Assembly (NCBI GenBank): GCA_964415615.1 | Contig: CAYQAW010000003.1 | Coordinates: 30,788 to 94,787, forward strand | Source: an uncultured Gammaproteobacteria bacterium | GTDB taxonomy: Bacteria; Patescibacteriota; Microgenomatia; Daviesbacterales; UBA10151 | Length of the DNA stretch: 64,000 nt | Reading direction: 5' to 3' | Shown: positions 27,947 to 37,900 of the stretch, piece after piece | Numbering within the stretch: the stretch's first letter is position 1 | Layout of the letters: each line of letters opens with the position of its first letter | Translations under genes and position numbers: made by a program | Notes under the pieces: generated by a model | Told to the model about the DNA's origin: nothing | The model's input: only the letters and a program-made list of their open reading frames with translations | Databases searched by the model: none

Positions 27947-27980
27947 CAAAGTATATACGATCGTGATAACTTTGGTTATA
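27947..27980. repeat. Direct repeat copy L (CAAAGTATATACGATCGTGATAACTTTGGTTATA) overlapping the start of PaaX-like gene 2.
   Basis: Aligns with 28486-28519. The core CAAAnTATAnACGATCGT plus TTTGGT is conserved. Contains the palindrome ACGATCGT. Confidence 0.6.
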
Positions 27981-28480
27981 TGTACAGGAAAAAAAGTCTG
28001 ACAAATTTGGTTCTTTTAGCCTTAGAAAAATCTGTTGATGGGTATGTTAGACTTGAAGATTTTCTATATAATCCGGGATTTTATTCTTATGGTGATGGTT
28101 GGAATTATCCAATAAAAAAATCAGGACTAGCCAGAGTTTTAAAACGTTTAAGAGAAAATGGTTTAGTGGAGCTATTAGATGATCAGGAATTAATTCTAAG
28201 ATTAACTGATAAAGGTAAGGAAAAAGCAGTTTTAGCTAATTTATTGATAGAAGAAAATAAATGGGATGGGAAATACAGAATTGTCATATTTGATGTTCCG
28301 GAAAAAAGAAGAATAGCAAGAGACCTATTAAGGGCCAGATTAAAAAGCTGGGGATTTGTATCTTGGCAACGTAGTGTTTGGGCAAGTAAGAAGAATTGTA
28401 CAAAGTCTTTGAGGGATTTTGTCAAGCAAGTAGGGATTAAAGATTGGGTTATTGTAATCGAATCTGATAATGTAGATTAG
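27980..28480 (+). CDS. Short PaaX-family-like transcriptional regulator (wHTH + WDGKY module), paralog of the ORF at 11216.
   Basis: wHTH LARVLKRLRENGLVELLDDQELILRLTDKGKEKA, then KWDGKYRIVIFDVPEKRRIARDLLRARLKSWGFVSWQRSVWAS. Confidence 0.55.
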   Translation: MYRKKSLTNLVLLALEKSVDGYVRLEDFLYNPGFYSYGDGWNYPIKKSGLARVLKRLRENGLVELLDDQELILRLTDKGKEKAVLANLLIEENKWDGKYRIVIFDVPEKRRIARDLLRARLKSWGFVSWQRSVWASKKNCTKSLRDFVKQVGIKDWVIVIESDNVD

Positions 28481-28485
28481 TATGA

Positions 28486-28519
28486 CCAAACTATACACGA
28501 TCGTTGCTGGTTTGGTACT
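28486..28519. repeat. Direct repeat copy R (CCAAACTATACACGATCGTTGCTGGTTTGGTACTG) downstream of PaaX-like gene 2.
   Basis: Partner of the copy at 27947-27980. Lies just upstream of the extended -10 element of the next gene. Confidence 0.6.
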
Positions 28520-28542
28520 GATGGACAATTGGGGTAGTTAAG

Positions 28543-28552
28543 TTGGTATAAT
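28543..28552 (+). promoter_or_regulatory. Extended -10 element TGGTATAAT, 6 nt upstream of the ATG at 28556. Leaderless or near-leaderless start.
   Basis: TTGGTATAAT tagt ATG. Confidence 0.3.
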
Positions 28553-28555
28553 AGT

Positions 28556-30082
28556 ATGGTGGATTTTTTAGTTAGACATAGAAAAAAAATACTCATCTTT
28601 ACTGTTTTAGTAGCTGCATACTTTATTTTAAGGTTGCCTAATTTAACCTTGCAGCCTATTTTTGCCGATGAAGCTATTTATATCAGGTGGGCGCAGGTAA
28701 TGAGAGCTGAATCAACTCTCAGATTCTTACCTTTGTCTGACGGGAAGACCCCGCTTTTTATGTGGGCAATGATACCTTTGTTGAAATTCATCCATGATCC
28801 CCTTTTAGCAGGCAGATTTTTATCTGTAATAGCTGGTTTTTTTACCCTTTTAGGGGTATTTTTTTTGTCGAAGAGAGTTTTTAATATACGTACCGCTTTT
28901 TGGGCAAGTTTACTCTACGTAATTGTTCCTTATACAGTATTCTTTGACAGGATGGCTCTGGTCGATTCCATGCTGGCTGCTTTTACTATCTGGATAGTCT
29001 ATTTTGCCATAGTTTTGGTAAGTAATTTACGTTTGGATATCTCGATGATTTTAGGATATTTACTGGGAGGAGCAATTTTGACAAAAACTCCCGGTATGAT
29101 AAATCTTTTTTTACTTCCATTTGCAATTGTTGCTTTTAACAGAAAGAAGGTAGGTAAGCATACTTTGTTAAATCTATTGATTGTATGGGTAGTTGCAATA
29201 ATAATAGCTTTGGCTATGTATAATATCTTAAGACTGGGACCAAATTTTCACTTGCTTTCTTCCAGGAATTCAGATTATATTTTCTCTCCACTGGAGCTTG
29301 CAGGCAGACCCTTAGATCCATTTATTCCGCATTTCCATGATATTGCCGACTGGTTTCCAAAATTACTCACATGGCCTATTTTGCTCTGTATTGTAATGGG
29401 AATAGGCTATTTACTATATGGGCTTTGGCAGCAGTCTTTTCAAGGAGCACTGCTTTATGGGGTAGTAGTTTTAATATGGGCGTTTATCCCGCTACTTTTG
29501 AATATGGCTTTTTTGAGAACTTTTACAGCCCGTTATCTTTTAACTTCTATCCCCTTACTCTTAATATTAGCTGGATTTGGAGTAACTAAATTGCTACCAA
29601 GGCTGGCATATATCAAACGGCTTCCTATAATTTTAATGCTGATAGTGTTGTTGCCTCTCCCTTTATATTTTGATTATTTTTTGTTGACTTCACCAGGTGA
29701 TGCTCCTTTGCCAAAAGAAGAAAGAAAAGGTTATTTTGAAGATTGGACTGCTGGTTATGGATTTTCAGATATTGCCAAATTTTTAATAGAGAAAAGCCAA
29801 AACCATAAAGTTGTTTTGGGAACAGCTGGGTTTTTTGGGACTTTACCTGATGGCATACAAATTTATCTGGATAAATCGAAAATTTCAATTGTAGGCAGTG
29901 GTGCTACGATCTCAGCACAAATCAGAAATGCTGCTAAAGATAACAAAACCTATTTTATTGGTAATAAAAGAGATTTGGAAGGAAGTATAAATAATGTAGT
30001 GTTAGTTAAAGAATACCTCAAACAGAAGCCTTTAGATAACTCTCCGCAGGATGCTACAGTTTTATATCAAGTCTTGCCATAA
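28556..30082 (+). CDS. GT39/PMT_2-family (ArnT/PMT-like) GT-C glycosyltransferase.
   Basis: First-loop DE motif IFADEAIYIRWAQ, then GKTPLFMWAM (KPPL-like). ~12 TMs. Confidence 0.6.
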   Translation: MVDFLVRHRKKILIFTVLVAAYFILRLPNLTLQPIFADEAIYIRWAQVMRAESTLRFLPLSDGKTPLFMWAMIPLLKFIHDPLLAGRFLSVIAGFFTLLGVFFLSKRVFNIRTAFWASLLYVIVPYTVFFDRMALVDSMLAAFTIWIVYFAIVLVSNLRLDISMILGYLLGGAILTKTPGMINLFLLPFAIVAFNRKKVGKHTLLNLLIVWVVAIIIALAMYNILRLGPNFHLLSSRNSDYIFSPLELAGRPLDPFIPHFHDIADWFPKLLTWPILLCIVMGIGYLLYGLWQQSFQGALLYGVVVLIWAFIPLLLNMAFLRTFTARYLLTSIPLLLILAGFGVTKLLPRLAYIKRLPIILMLIVLLPLPLYFDYFLLTSPGDAPLPKEERKGYFEDWTAGYGFSDIAKFLIEKSQNHKVVLGTAGFFGTLPDGIQIYLDKSKISIVGSGATISAQIRNAAKDNKTYFIGNKRDLEGSINNVVLVKEYLKQKPLDNSPQDATVLYQVLP

Positions 30083-30083
30083 C

Positions 30084-31745
30084 ATGAGATTTTCAAATAA
30101 AAACCTCTTTATCCCTATAGTTTTAATTTTGATAACTTTGCCCACATTACTACCCTACTTTAATAATAGATTTTTTTATACTCAAGATTATATTTTTATA
30201 GCAAGATTGCAACAAATGAGTACTGCCTTATTTTCAGGTCAGTTTCCAGTCAGGTGGGCGCCAGACTTAAGGTATGGTGAACCTATTTTTAATTTTTACG
30301 CGCCATTACCTTATTATGTTGGTGCTGTAATTCATTTGTTAGGTTTGAATTTTATCTGGGTAGCTAAAATTCTTTTTATACTTTCGGCTTTATTTTCTGC
30401 CATTACTATGTACATTTTGGCAAATAAGTTATTTGGTCAGAAAGCAGGTGTTTTGGCAGCTATTCTATACACGTATGCGCCTTACAAAGCAGTTGATATG
30501 TATGTGCGTGGATCTCTTTCTGAGACTTGGGCTTTTATCTTTTTTCCTTTAATTTTTTATTGTTCATTAATTTTGGTGCAGCAGGCAAATTTTAAAAACT
30601 TAAGTTTATTAGCTCTGTCTTTGGCAGGATTATTTTTAACACATAATGTTACTACGCTAATGTTCTTGCCTTTTCTTGTACTTTGGTGGATTTATTTAAT
30701 GCTAAAAGAGAAAAAGTGGCTAAGTGTTGTTCATTTGTTTCTAGCATCAGTCTTAGGATTTAGTTTAGCTGCCTCTTTTTTATTACCTGCTCTTTTTGAG
30801 AATGATTTAATTCAAACAAAATATTTAACAGTAGGTTATTTTAATTTTAGGGCCCACTTTGTAGCCTACAAGCAATTCTTTTCTTTATTTTGGGGGTATG
30901 GTTCTTCTTTATGGGGGCCAGATGATGGTTTGTCTTTTCAGGTAGGCTTGGTAAACTCTGCAATTTTAATTGTAACCGCTATTTTGGTTATTGTTAAAAG
31001 AAAAGAGAAAAAATACTTAGGTTTATTTATACTATTGGGAATAAGTTTATTGTTCTCTTTGTTTCTACAGCATAATAAATCAGCTTTTATTTGGGAAGCG
31101 ATACCTCTGATGGCTTTTATTCAATTTCCTTGGCGGTTTTTGGGGATATCTATTTTTTTAATTTCTTTGATGGGTGGTGTTATGGTGTTTTATCTTAAAA
31201 ATAGATTGCAGTTTGTATACTTTATTTTAATAATTGCTGCTATCTTTTCAACTGTAAGCTACTTTAGACCAAAGGAATATACTGATGATAGTTTTTTTGA
31301 TAAATTTTTACAACCTGCGATAATGCACAAGGGCGCTGACCTAACCAAGGATTATTTGCCAATTTGGGTTAAAACTGTTGATGATGAAAGATTTGATATA
31401 CCCCGGGCAGAAAAAGGAGAAATTAAGATTGATAATTTACAACAAAAATCTGCAGTGGTTGATTTCACTGTTAATGCTATTTCGGATAGTACAATTGAGT
31501 TGCCTATTACCTATTTTCCAGGTTGGGAAGTAAGAGCCAATAATACAGTTACAACTCAAAGTCTGCCTTCAAACAGAGGGCTTATTAGATTTGAACTTAC
31601 CAAAGGAAATTATCAAATGAAAGTTGAATTTACAGACACACCTATTAGAAAAATAGGCAATGTTATTTCTTTATGTTCTATTATTCTGACTATTGCATTA
31701 CTTATTTATGAAAAGAGAGGAAGATTAAAATGGGTAAGATCGTAA
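30084..31745 (+). CDS. Polytopic membrane protein, GT-C-like family C (RWxPDL...G.P.FNFYAPLPYY).
   Basis: VRWAPDLRYGEPIFNFYAPLPYYVGAV. Paralogs at 31730 and 58969(-). The C-terminal soluble domain ends with a TM anchor. Confidence 0.5.
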   Translation: MRFSNKNLFIPIVLILITLPTLLPYFNNRFFYTQDYIFIARLQQMSTALFSGQFPVRWAPDLRYGEPIFNFYAPLPYYVGAVIHLLGLNFIWVAKILFILSALFSAITMYILANKLFGQKAGVLAAILYTYAPYKAVDMYVRGSLSETWAFIFFPLIFYCSLILVQQANFKNLSLLALSLAGLFLTHNVTTLMFLPFLVLWWIYLMLKEKKWLSVVHLFLASVLGFSLAASFLLPALFENDLIQTKYLTVGYFNFRAHFVAYKQFFSLFWGYGSSLWGPDDGLSFQVGLVNSAILIVTAILVIVKRKEKKYLGLFILLGISLLFSLFLQHNKSAFIWEAIPLMAFIQFPWRFLGISIFLISLMGGVMVFYLKNRLQFVYFILIIAAIFSTVSYFRPKEYTDDSFFDKFLQPAIMHKGADLTKDYLPIWVKTVDDERFDIPRAEKGEIKIDNLQQKSAVVDFTVNAISDSTIELPITYFPGWEVRANNTVTTQSLPSNRGLIRFELTKGNYQMKVEFTDTPIRKIGNVISLCSIILTIALLIYEKRGRLKWVRS

Positions 31746-33448
31746 GTTATATATATCAACATAAAGAATTTATCATTGGACTGTTGTTAACAGTGAGTTT
31801 GTTCTGGCCCCTTGTTGCGGCACCATTCTTTACCCATCATGATGATGTCCAAGTTATTAGACTTTACGAAATGGACAAATGTATCAAAGATCATCAAATT
31901 CCTTGCCGTTGGGTACCTGATTTGGGAGGATTGTATGGATACCCAATTTTTAACTACTATGCACCGTTACCTTATTATTTCGGCGAATTAATTTATTTAT
32001 TAACTCACAGTCTGATAATTTCTGTAAAAGTTATGTTTGCGGTCAGTTTCTTAGGGAGCTATATTTTTATGTACCTTTTAGCATCAAAAATTTGGGGTAA
32101 ATTGGGTGGGAGTTTATCTGCCATTTTTTATATCTTTGCGCCATATCATGCACTGGATTTTTATGTCAGGGGAGCAATGGGGGAGATGTGGGCATTGATG
32201 TTTTTTCCAGTAATCTGCTGGGTGGCGGTCAAGCTTGAAGCGCAAACCAGGCTTATCAATTTGTTTCTTTTGGGGGTTGCTCTTGCATTACTTATAACTT
32301 CTCATAATCTCTCAATGATGATTTTTTTACCGGTTATCTTGGGTTGGATTTTCTTATTATTTTGGAAACGTAAAAACTACTTATTTTTATGGTTTAGTAT
32401 TTTTGCTATCTTAATGGGATTAGCATTATCTGCTTTTTATCTTTTGCCCATGCTTGTAGAAAAGGATTTAGTGCATGTTGATAGTACGATTTCTGGATAT
32501 TTTGGTTATACAGAACACTTTAAAGGTTTTAGTAAGCTATTTTTGGATAGATCATGGGGGTGGGGCGCATCTGTTAGAGAAGTGCCTGGTGGAGAAAAGG
32601 ACGGGATTTCTTTTCAGATAGGATGGGTACATCTTTTGGGGTGGTTTTTTGCCCTAATTGCTGCCAAAGTTTTGTGGAAGAAAAATAAGTGGTTCAGTTT
32701 AGTAATCGCGTTTTGTTCTGTGGTCATTTTGCTCTCGGTGTTTATGATTCATCCCAGATCAGAATTTGTATGGAGGATTGTTGATCCGTTGAAGTATTTA
32801 CAGTTTCCATGGCGATTTTTGCTTCTTATAATATTTTGTATATCGCTAATCTCAGGCAGTTTCTCCTTGTTAGATTTCAAAAAGAAGAATCTACTGTGGG
32901 TATTGCTAGTTGTTTTAGCAGTTGGTTTAAACTTTTCTTATTTCCGTCCGGAAAAATTTATTCAGACAACCGATGAAAAACTCTTGAGTGGTCAAGATTG
33001 GGATAAACAAATCAAACGGTCAATTTTTGATTATTTGCCTATATATGCAAAAGAGCCACCTGCGGAACTGGCAAAAGAAAGATATCAATTTTTAACCGGT
33101 GATAGTCAAGTCTACAATTTTAAGGAAGGAACAAATTGGATTACCTTTGACGTAGAGACTCGTTCACACACGATTATCCGTTTGTCTCAATACTACTTTC
33201 CTGATTGGAAAATATTCGTTGATGGCAGGGAAACGATAGTGGAATATAAAAACAACAGTTTGGGACTGATGACTTTTATTCTAGGAAAAGGCAATCATTC
33301 AATCTCGGCTAGACTTTATGATACACCGATAAGAACTATTGCTAATTTAATATCTTTAACTAGTTTTATGGCTATTATGGTTATATTTTTAATATCTATT
33401 GGAAGAGTTAGAAGATGGCTTACATATTATAGAAACAGAATGAATTAA
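31730..33448 (+). CDS. Polytopic membrane protein, GT-C-like family C (tandem paralog).
   Basis: HHDDVQVIRLYEM...CRWVPDLGGLYGYPIFNYYAPLPYYFGEL. C-terminal ...YDTPIRTIANLISL is shared with the ORF at 30084. Confidence 0.5.
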   Translation: MGKIVSYIYQHKEFIIGLLLTVSLFWPLVAAPFFTHHDDVQVIRLYEMDKCIKDHQIPCRWVPDLGGLYGYPIFNYYAPLPYYFGELIYLLTHSLIISVKVMFAVSFLGSYIFMYLLASKIWGKLGGSLSAIFYIFAPYHALDFYVRGAMGEMWALMFFPVICWVAVKLEAQTRLINLFLLGVALALLITSHNLSMMIFLPVILGWIFLLFWKRKNYLFLWFSIFAILMGLALSAFYLLPMLVEKDLVHVDSTISGYFGYTEHFKGFSKLFLDRSWGWGASVREVPGGEKDGISFQIGWVHLLGWFFALIAAKVLWKKNKWFSLVIAFCSVVILLSVFMIHPRSEFVWRIVDPLKYLQFPWRFLLLIIFCISLISGSFSLLDFKKKNLLWVLLVVLAVGLNFSYFRPEKFIQTTDEKLLSGQDWDKQIKRSIFDYLPIYAKEPPAELAKERYQFLTGDSQVYNFKEGTNWITFDVETRSHTIIRLSQYYFPDWKIFVDGRETIVEYKNNSLGLMTFILGKGNHSISARLYDTPIRTIANLISLTSFMAIMVIFLISIGRVRRWLTYYRNRMN

Positions 33449-33457
33449 ACTAAAATT

Positions 33458-34936
33458 ATGGATGAAAGTGTTGAGCAAATTGATCCAACAGAAGAACTAA
33501 CAACAGAGGTTGTTAAAAAGCGGGCCGCTAAAGGCGCTGCCGTACTGACTGTAAGGACCATATTTATACAGGCAATTTCCTTTTTTGCCAATATCGCTCT
33601 GACTATCTTCCTGGGGCCAGCAGAATATGGAGTATTTTTTTTAGTATCAGCAGTGATAAATTTCTTGGCATATTTTAGTGATATTGGTTTTGCTGCAGCT
33701 TTAATTCAAAGAAAAGAAAAATTAACAGAGAAAGATTTAAGGACTATTTTTACAGCTCAAAATTGCCTAATTATTTTACTGATATTGATAATTTTTCTGT
33801 CAACACCGCTTATCAGAAGCTTTTATCATTTTAACCAAGCAGGTGTTTATTTGCTCTGGGCTTTGGCTTTCTCGCTTTTTACCTCCTCTTTAAAAACTAT
33901 TCCTTCGGTTTTACTGGAACGGAAACTGGAATTTAATAAATTGATAATACCGCAAATCGTTGAAACTATTGTGTTTAATCTGACGGTAGTGTATCTTGCC
34001 TGGAAAGGTTTTGGTGTTACCAGTTTTACCATTGGTGTGTTGGTAAGAAGTGTCAGTGGGTTAATTACAGCTTATATTGTACAGCCATGGCTGCCCAAGT
34101 TCTCATTTTCTAAAGACTCTTTTAAATCCATTCTAAAGTTTGGTATTCCTTACCAAATGAATATTTTTTTGGCTATGGTTAAAGATGATGGTATGACACT
34201 TTTTCTGGGTAGTATCATTGGTGCTTCAGGAGTAGGGCTATTAGGTTGGGCGCAAAAATGGGCTTATGCACCATTGCGGTTTTTTATGGACCAGGTTATA
34301 AAAGTGACTTTTCCGGCATTTTCCAGGTTACAGGGAAATAAAAAAGATTTATCAGATATAGTGAATAAATCGATCTTTTTTATCTGTTTGCTAGTTTTTC
34401 CATCGCTTGTGATGTTGGTTTTAGTGGCGCCAATTTTAGTGCAACTTATTCCTAAGTATATTAAATGGAATCCTGCATTGTTTGCGTTGTCTATTTTGAC
34501 CATTACTTCTGCTTTGGCAGCAGTAACTACCCCGTTGACCAACACCTTAAATGCGATAGGTAAAATATCGGTTACTTTTAAATTGATGATTATGTGGACT
34601 GTTCTAACCTGGATTTTTGTTCCTTTACTTGCTTACGTTTACGGAGTAAATGGAGCAGCGGTTGGGTTTACCTTAGTGGGACTTAGTTCTTTTGTAGCCA
34701 TTTATTTGGTGTCAAAATATGTTGAGATGGATTATTTTAAAAGTGTGGGAAAACCGCTACTTTCAGCATTGATGATGGGAATTTGTATATCTATTATTAG
34801 AAATATTTTTACTGTATCCTGGCAACAAGTAATTATTATGGTTGCAGTAGGAGTTATTTCTTATGTTGTATTGATGTTGTTACTAGAACCAAAGCTAGTT
34901 TCTTTAGTTCAAAATCAGTTCAGGAAAAGACAATGA
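33458..34936 (+). CDS. Wzx-like polysaccharide/oligosaccharide flippase (PST family).
   Basis: ~12-14 TMs, length, and the N-terminal charged segment typical of the family. Embedded in the glycosylation cluster. Confidence 0.65.
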   Translation: MDESVEQIDPTEELTTEVVKKRAAKGAAVLTVRTIFIQAISFFANIALTIFLGPAEYGVFFLVSAVINFLAYFSDIGFAAALIQRKEKLTEKDLRTIFTAQNCLIILLILIIFLSTPLIRSFYHFNQAGVYLLWALAFSLFTSSLKTIPSVLLERKLEFNKLIIPQIVETIVFNLTVVYLAWKGFGVTSFTIGVLVRSVSGLITAYIVQPWLPKFSFSKDSFKSILKFGIPYQMNIFLAMVKDDGMTLFLGSIIGASGVGLLGWAQKWAYAPLRFFMDQVIKVTFPAFSRLQGNKKDLSDIVNKSIFFICLLVFPSLVMLVLVAPILVQLIPKYIKWNPALFALSILTITSALAAVTTPLTNTLNAIGKISVTFKLMIMWTVLTWIFVPLLAYVYGVNGAAVGFTLVGLSSFVAIYLVSKYVEMDYFKSVGKPLLSALMMGICISIIRNIFTVSWQQVIIMVAVGVISYVVLMLLLEPKLVSLVQNQFRKRQ

Positions 34937-37900
34937 GAAGATTATTGTTTTTAGTTTTGTTTTTATTCTCCGTAATTTTCACACCTAATATTTTTGCGCA
35001 AAGTAATTCCTTTGTGACGGTAGTAAATCCTGTTAGGGGAACTGATTTCTGGGATCTAAAAGGTCAAAATCCAGAAACTGCTGTACTGGGCCAAATTGCA
35101 ATTCTAGATAAATTTAATCTACCTGCTACTTGGCTACTGCGTTTTGATGTTCTTTCAGAGAAAGATATTGTTGATAAGTTGCAGGGTAGAACTTTGGACG
35201 AAAGAGGTTTGTTTTTAGAAATTACTCCAACCTGGACGAGTCATGCAAAAGTTAATTACCACCAATCAGGCAGCTGGCATGCAGCTGGCAGCGCTTTTTT
35301 AACTGGTTATGAAAGAGGAGAGCGTGAACAATTGATTGATACAGCTTTCGAGAAATTCAAAAGTGTTTTTGGATATTATCCGGTTTCAGTTGGTGCTTGG
35401 TGGATTGATAGTTATTCTTTGGGGTATATGCAGAAAAAATATGGAACAGTTGCTGCTTTAATTGTTGCTGATCAGTACTCAACTGATAATTATCAGATTT
35501 GGGGACAATATTTTGGGACTCCCTTCTATCCTGCTAAAAATAATGCCCTGCATCCTGCTCAAAATTTAGAAAATAAGCTGGATGTTGTGATAACACAATG
35601 GGCTCTGAGAGATCCGGTAAATAGCTATGGAAATGGAGTTTCAGAAAGCACATTTTCTTTGCAGGCAAATGATTACATAGATTTTCATGATTTAGATATC
35701 AAATATTTTTCCAGATTGATTGATATTTATACAAAACAGCAGTTTAATCAATTTAATTTAGCAGTAGTTGGTCTGGAAAATTCTTATTCCTGGAATAAAT
35801 ATGCAGAAGAGTACGAAAATCAAATAAAAGTTTTGAGCGAAAAGAGAAATGCCGGACAGTTTTCAGTTGTCCTTATGAAAGATTTTGCCAGTTGGTATAA
35901 ATCATCTTTTCCCAAGTTTTCCCCGACGCAGCTGATAGTGACAGATGACCCATTGGGAACTTTCAAAAAAGCAGTTTGGTATATGGACCCTTATTTCCGG
36001 GTTGGATGGTTTGTTAATTCTGAAGGCAGTATATTTAGGGATATAAGGCAATATATAGATGGTGAGGAAGAGCTTTGTTTCAAAAACCGCTGTGATAGTG
36101 TAAATTTTGCAACAAGCGCAACTAGAGTATTGGATGATGTGAGTTTTGGGCAGCGCTGGGTTGTTGATCAGGGACAGATCAGTAATTTTAAAGTAATAAG
36201 AAATAGTGAAAAATTTGTAATAAGTTACAACAATGAGGCGGGAAATTTAAGGCAAATAGGTTTACTGTCTCGTGATATTAGTATTGATGAAAAGACTTTT
36301 TCAATTGATAGCGCTATTTTGAATGTGACTACAAGAGAGAGTTTGGTAATCAAAAGCGCAGCAGCCTCTGGCAGTTTTCTAAAATGGTCACTAGTTTCTG
36401 TAGTAGTGAAGCTCGGTGGATTTTTTATCTTCTTGCTTCTAGGTGTTATTATCCCAGGGTTTATATTAACTAATAAAGTTTTTAAAGATAAACCAATTTT
36501 TTTGAGATTATTTATTTCTTGCACAGTCGGTTTTGTAACGTTAACCTTGCTTTTTTATATAGCCAGCCTATTACATCTTAGGCCTTTGATTTTTGGGTAT
36601 ATTTTATTAGGTTTTATTATCTTCATACGCTTAAAGTTATATAACTTATTGATAGATTTATCTAAAGTTCAGAAATTCTCCAACGTAATTGTAGTTTTAA
36701 TAATTTTGGCTGGAACTGTTTTTCAAGTCATTCCTACCTTTAAAAGTGGTCTAAATTTTTCTTATGGTATGGGTTTATGGGGCCCAAATACTCATGATGG
36801 GATTTGGCATATGGCGCTGGTAAACCAATTGATTAAATCAGTGCCTCCTGAGAACCCAGTTTATGCTGGTGTTATACTGAAAAATTATCATTTCTTTTAT
36901 GATCTTTTGATTGCTGCTACAAATTATCTTTCTACAGTTCCTGTTGCTGATTTGATATTTAGGTTTTATCCAATCTTTTTCTCTTTAATGCTTGGTGTAG
37001 GATCTTATTATCTGGCTTTAAAACTTTTTAGAAGCAAAATAGCGGGTTTATTTAGCCTATATTTGATTTATTCCGCAGGAAGTTTTGGCTGGATAGTAGA
37101 ATTTCTGCGTGAGAGACATATTGGTGGGGAATCAGCATTTTGGGCAAACCAGTCAGTTTCTTTTAATTTAAACCCTCCATTTGCTATATCTTTAGTGATT
37201 ATTATTGCCTTATTTCATATTCTTTTTCATCTATCTTTCTCTTTCAGATTGAGAAATATCTTTTTAGTTATTCTTTTGGCAGGATCTTTGATTGGCTTTA
37301 AATCATATGGCGCTATTTTAATTTTGGTATCATTACTTCTTGTAGGTTCATTCAAAAAACAATTGTATTTCCTTATAATTTTTAGCGGGGCAGCACTAAT
37401 TTCCCTATTGATTTTCCTGCCTAATTTTGATTTGACCTCCAATTTATTAATTTTTGCCCCTTTTTGGTTTATTCACTCCATGATAGATTCGCCGGACCGG
37501 GTGGGATGGGTAAGATTATCTCTGGCTAGAGAAGCAGGAATTACAACACATAACTGGTTTAAATTTATTTTGGCAGAAGCCTTGAGTTTGGCAATATTTA
37601 TTGCCGGTAACTTAGGTCTACGGGTTATAAGTTTAATATCGCTTATTAAAATAAAAACTATCATCAAAGATGAGAAAATTCTGTTTATTTTTATCTTTGC
37701 TCTTCTATCTTTTATGATTCCAATTTTGTTTATTCAATCTGGTAATCCTTGGAATACGATCCAATTTTCTTATTATGGTCTTTATGTTGCTGCCCTGGTA
37801 AGTGGTGTGGTACTATTTAAACTTACAAAGTTACCCAAATATATTGCTGTTTTGGTAATTTTTATCATTCTTATTTTAGCGCCAATTAATTCGGCGGTAA

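Noticed and set aside
11216-28480. Cas2-like motifs in the two PaaX-like proteins suggested a CRISPR-Cas locus.
   Set aside because: No repeat-spacer array, cas1 or any other cas gene is present anywhere in the window. The flanking direct repeats occur only twice per locus and bracket a gene, not spacers. I treat this as a regulator family and not as CRISPR.
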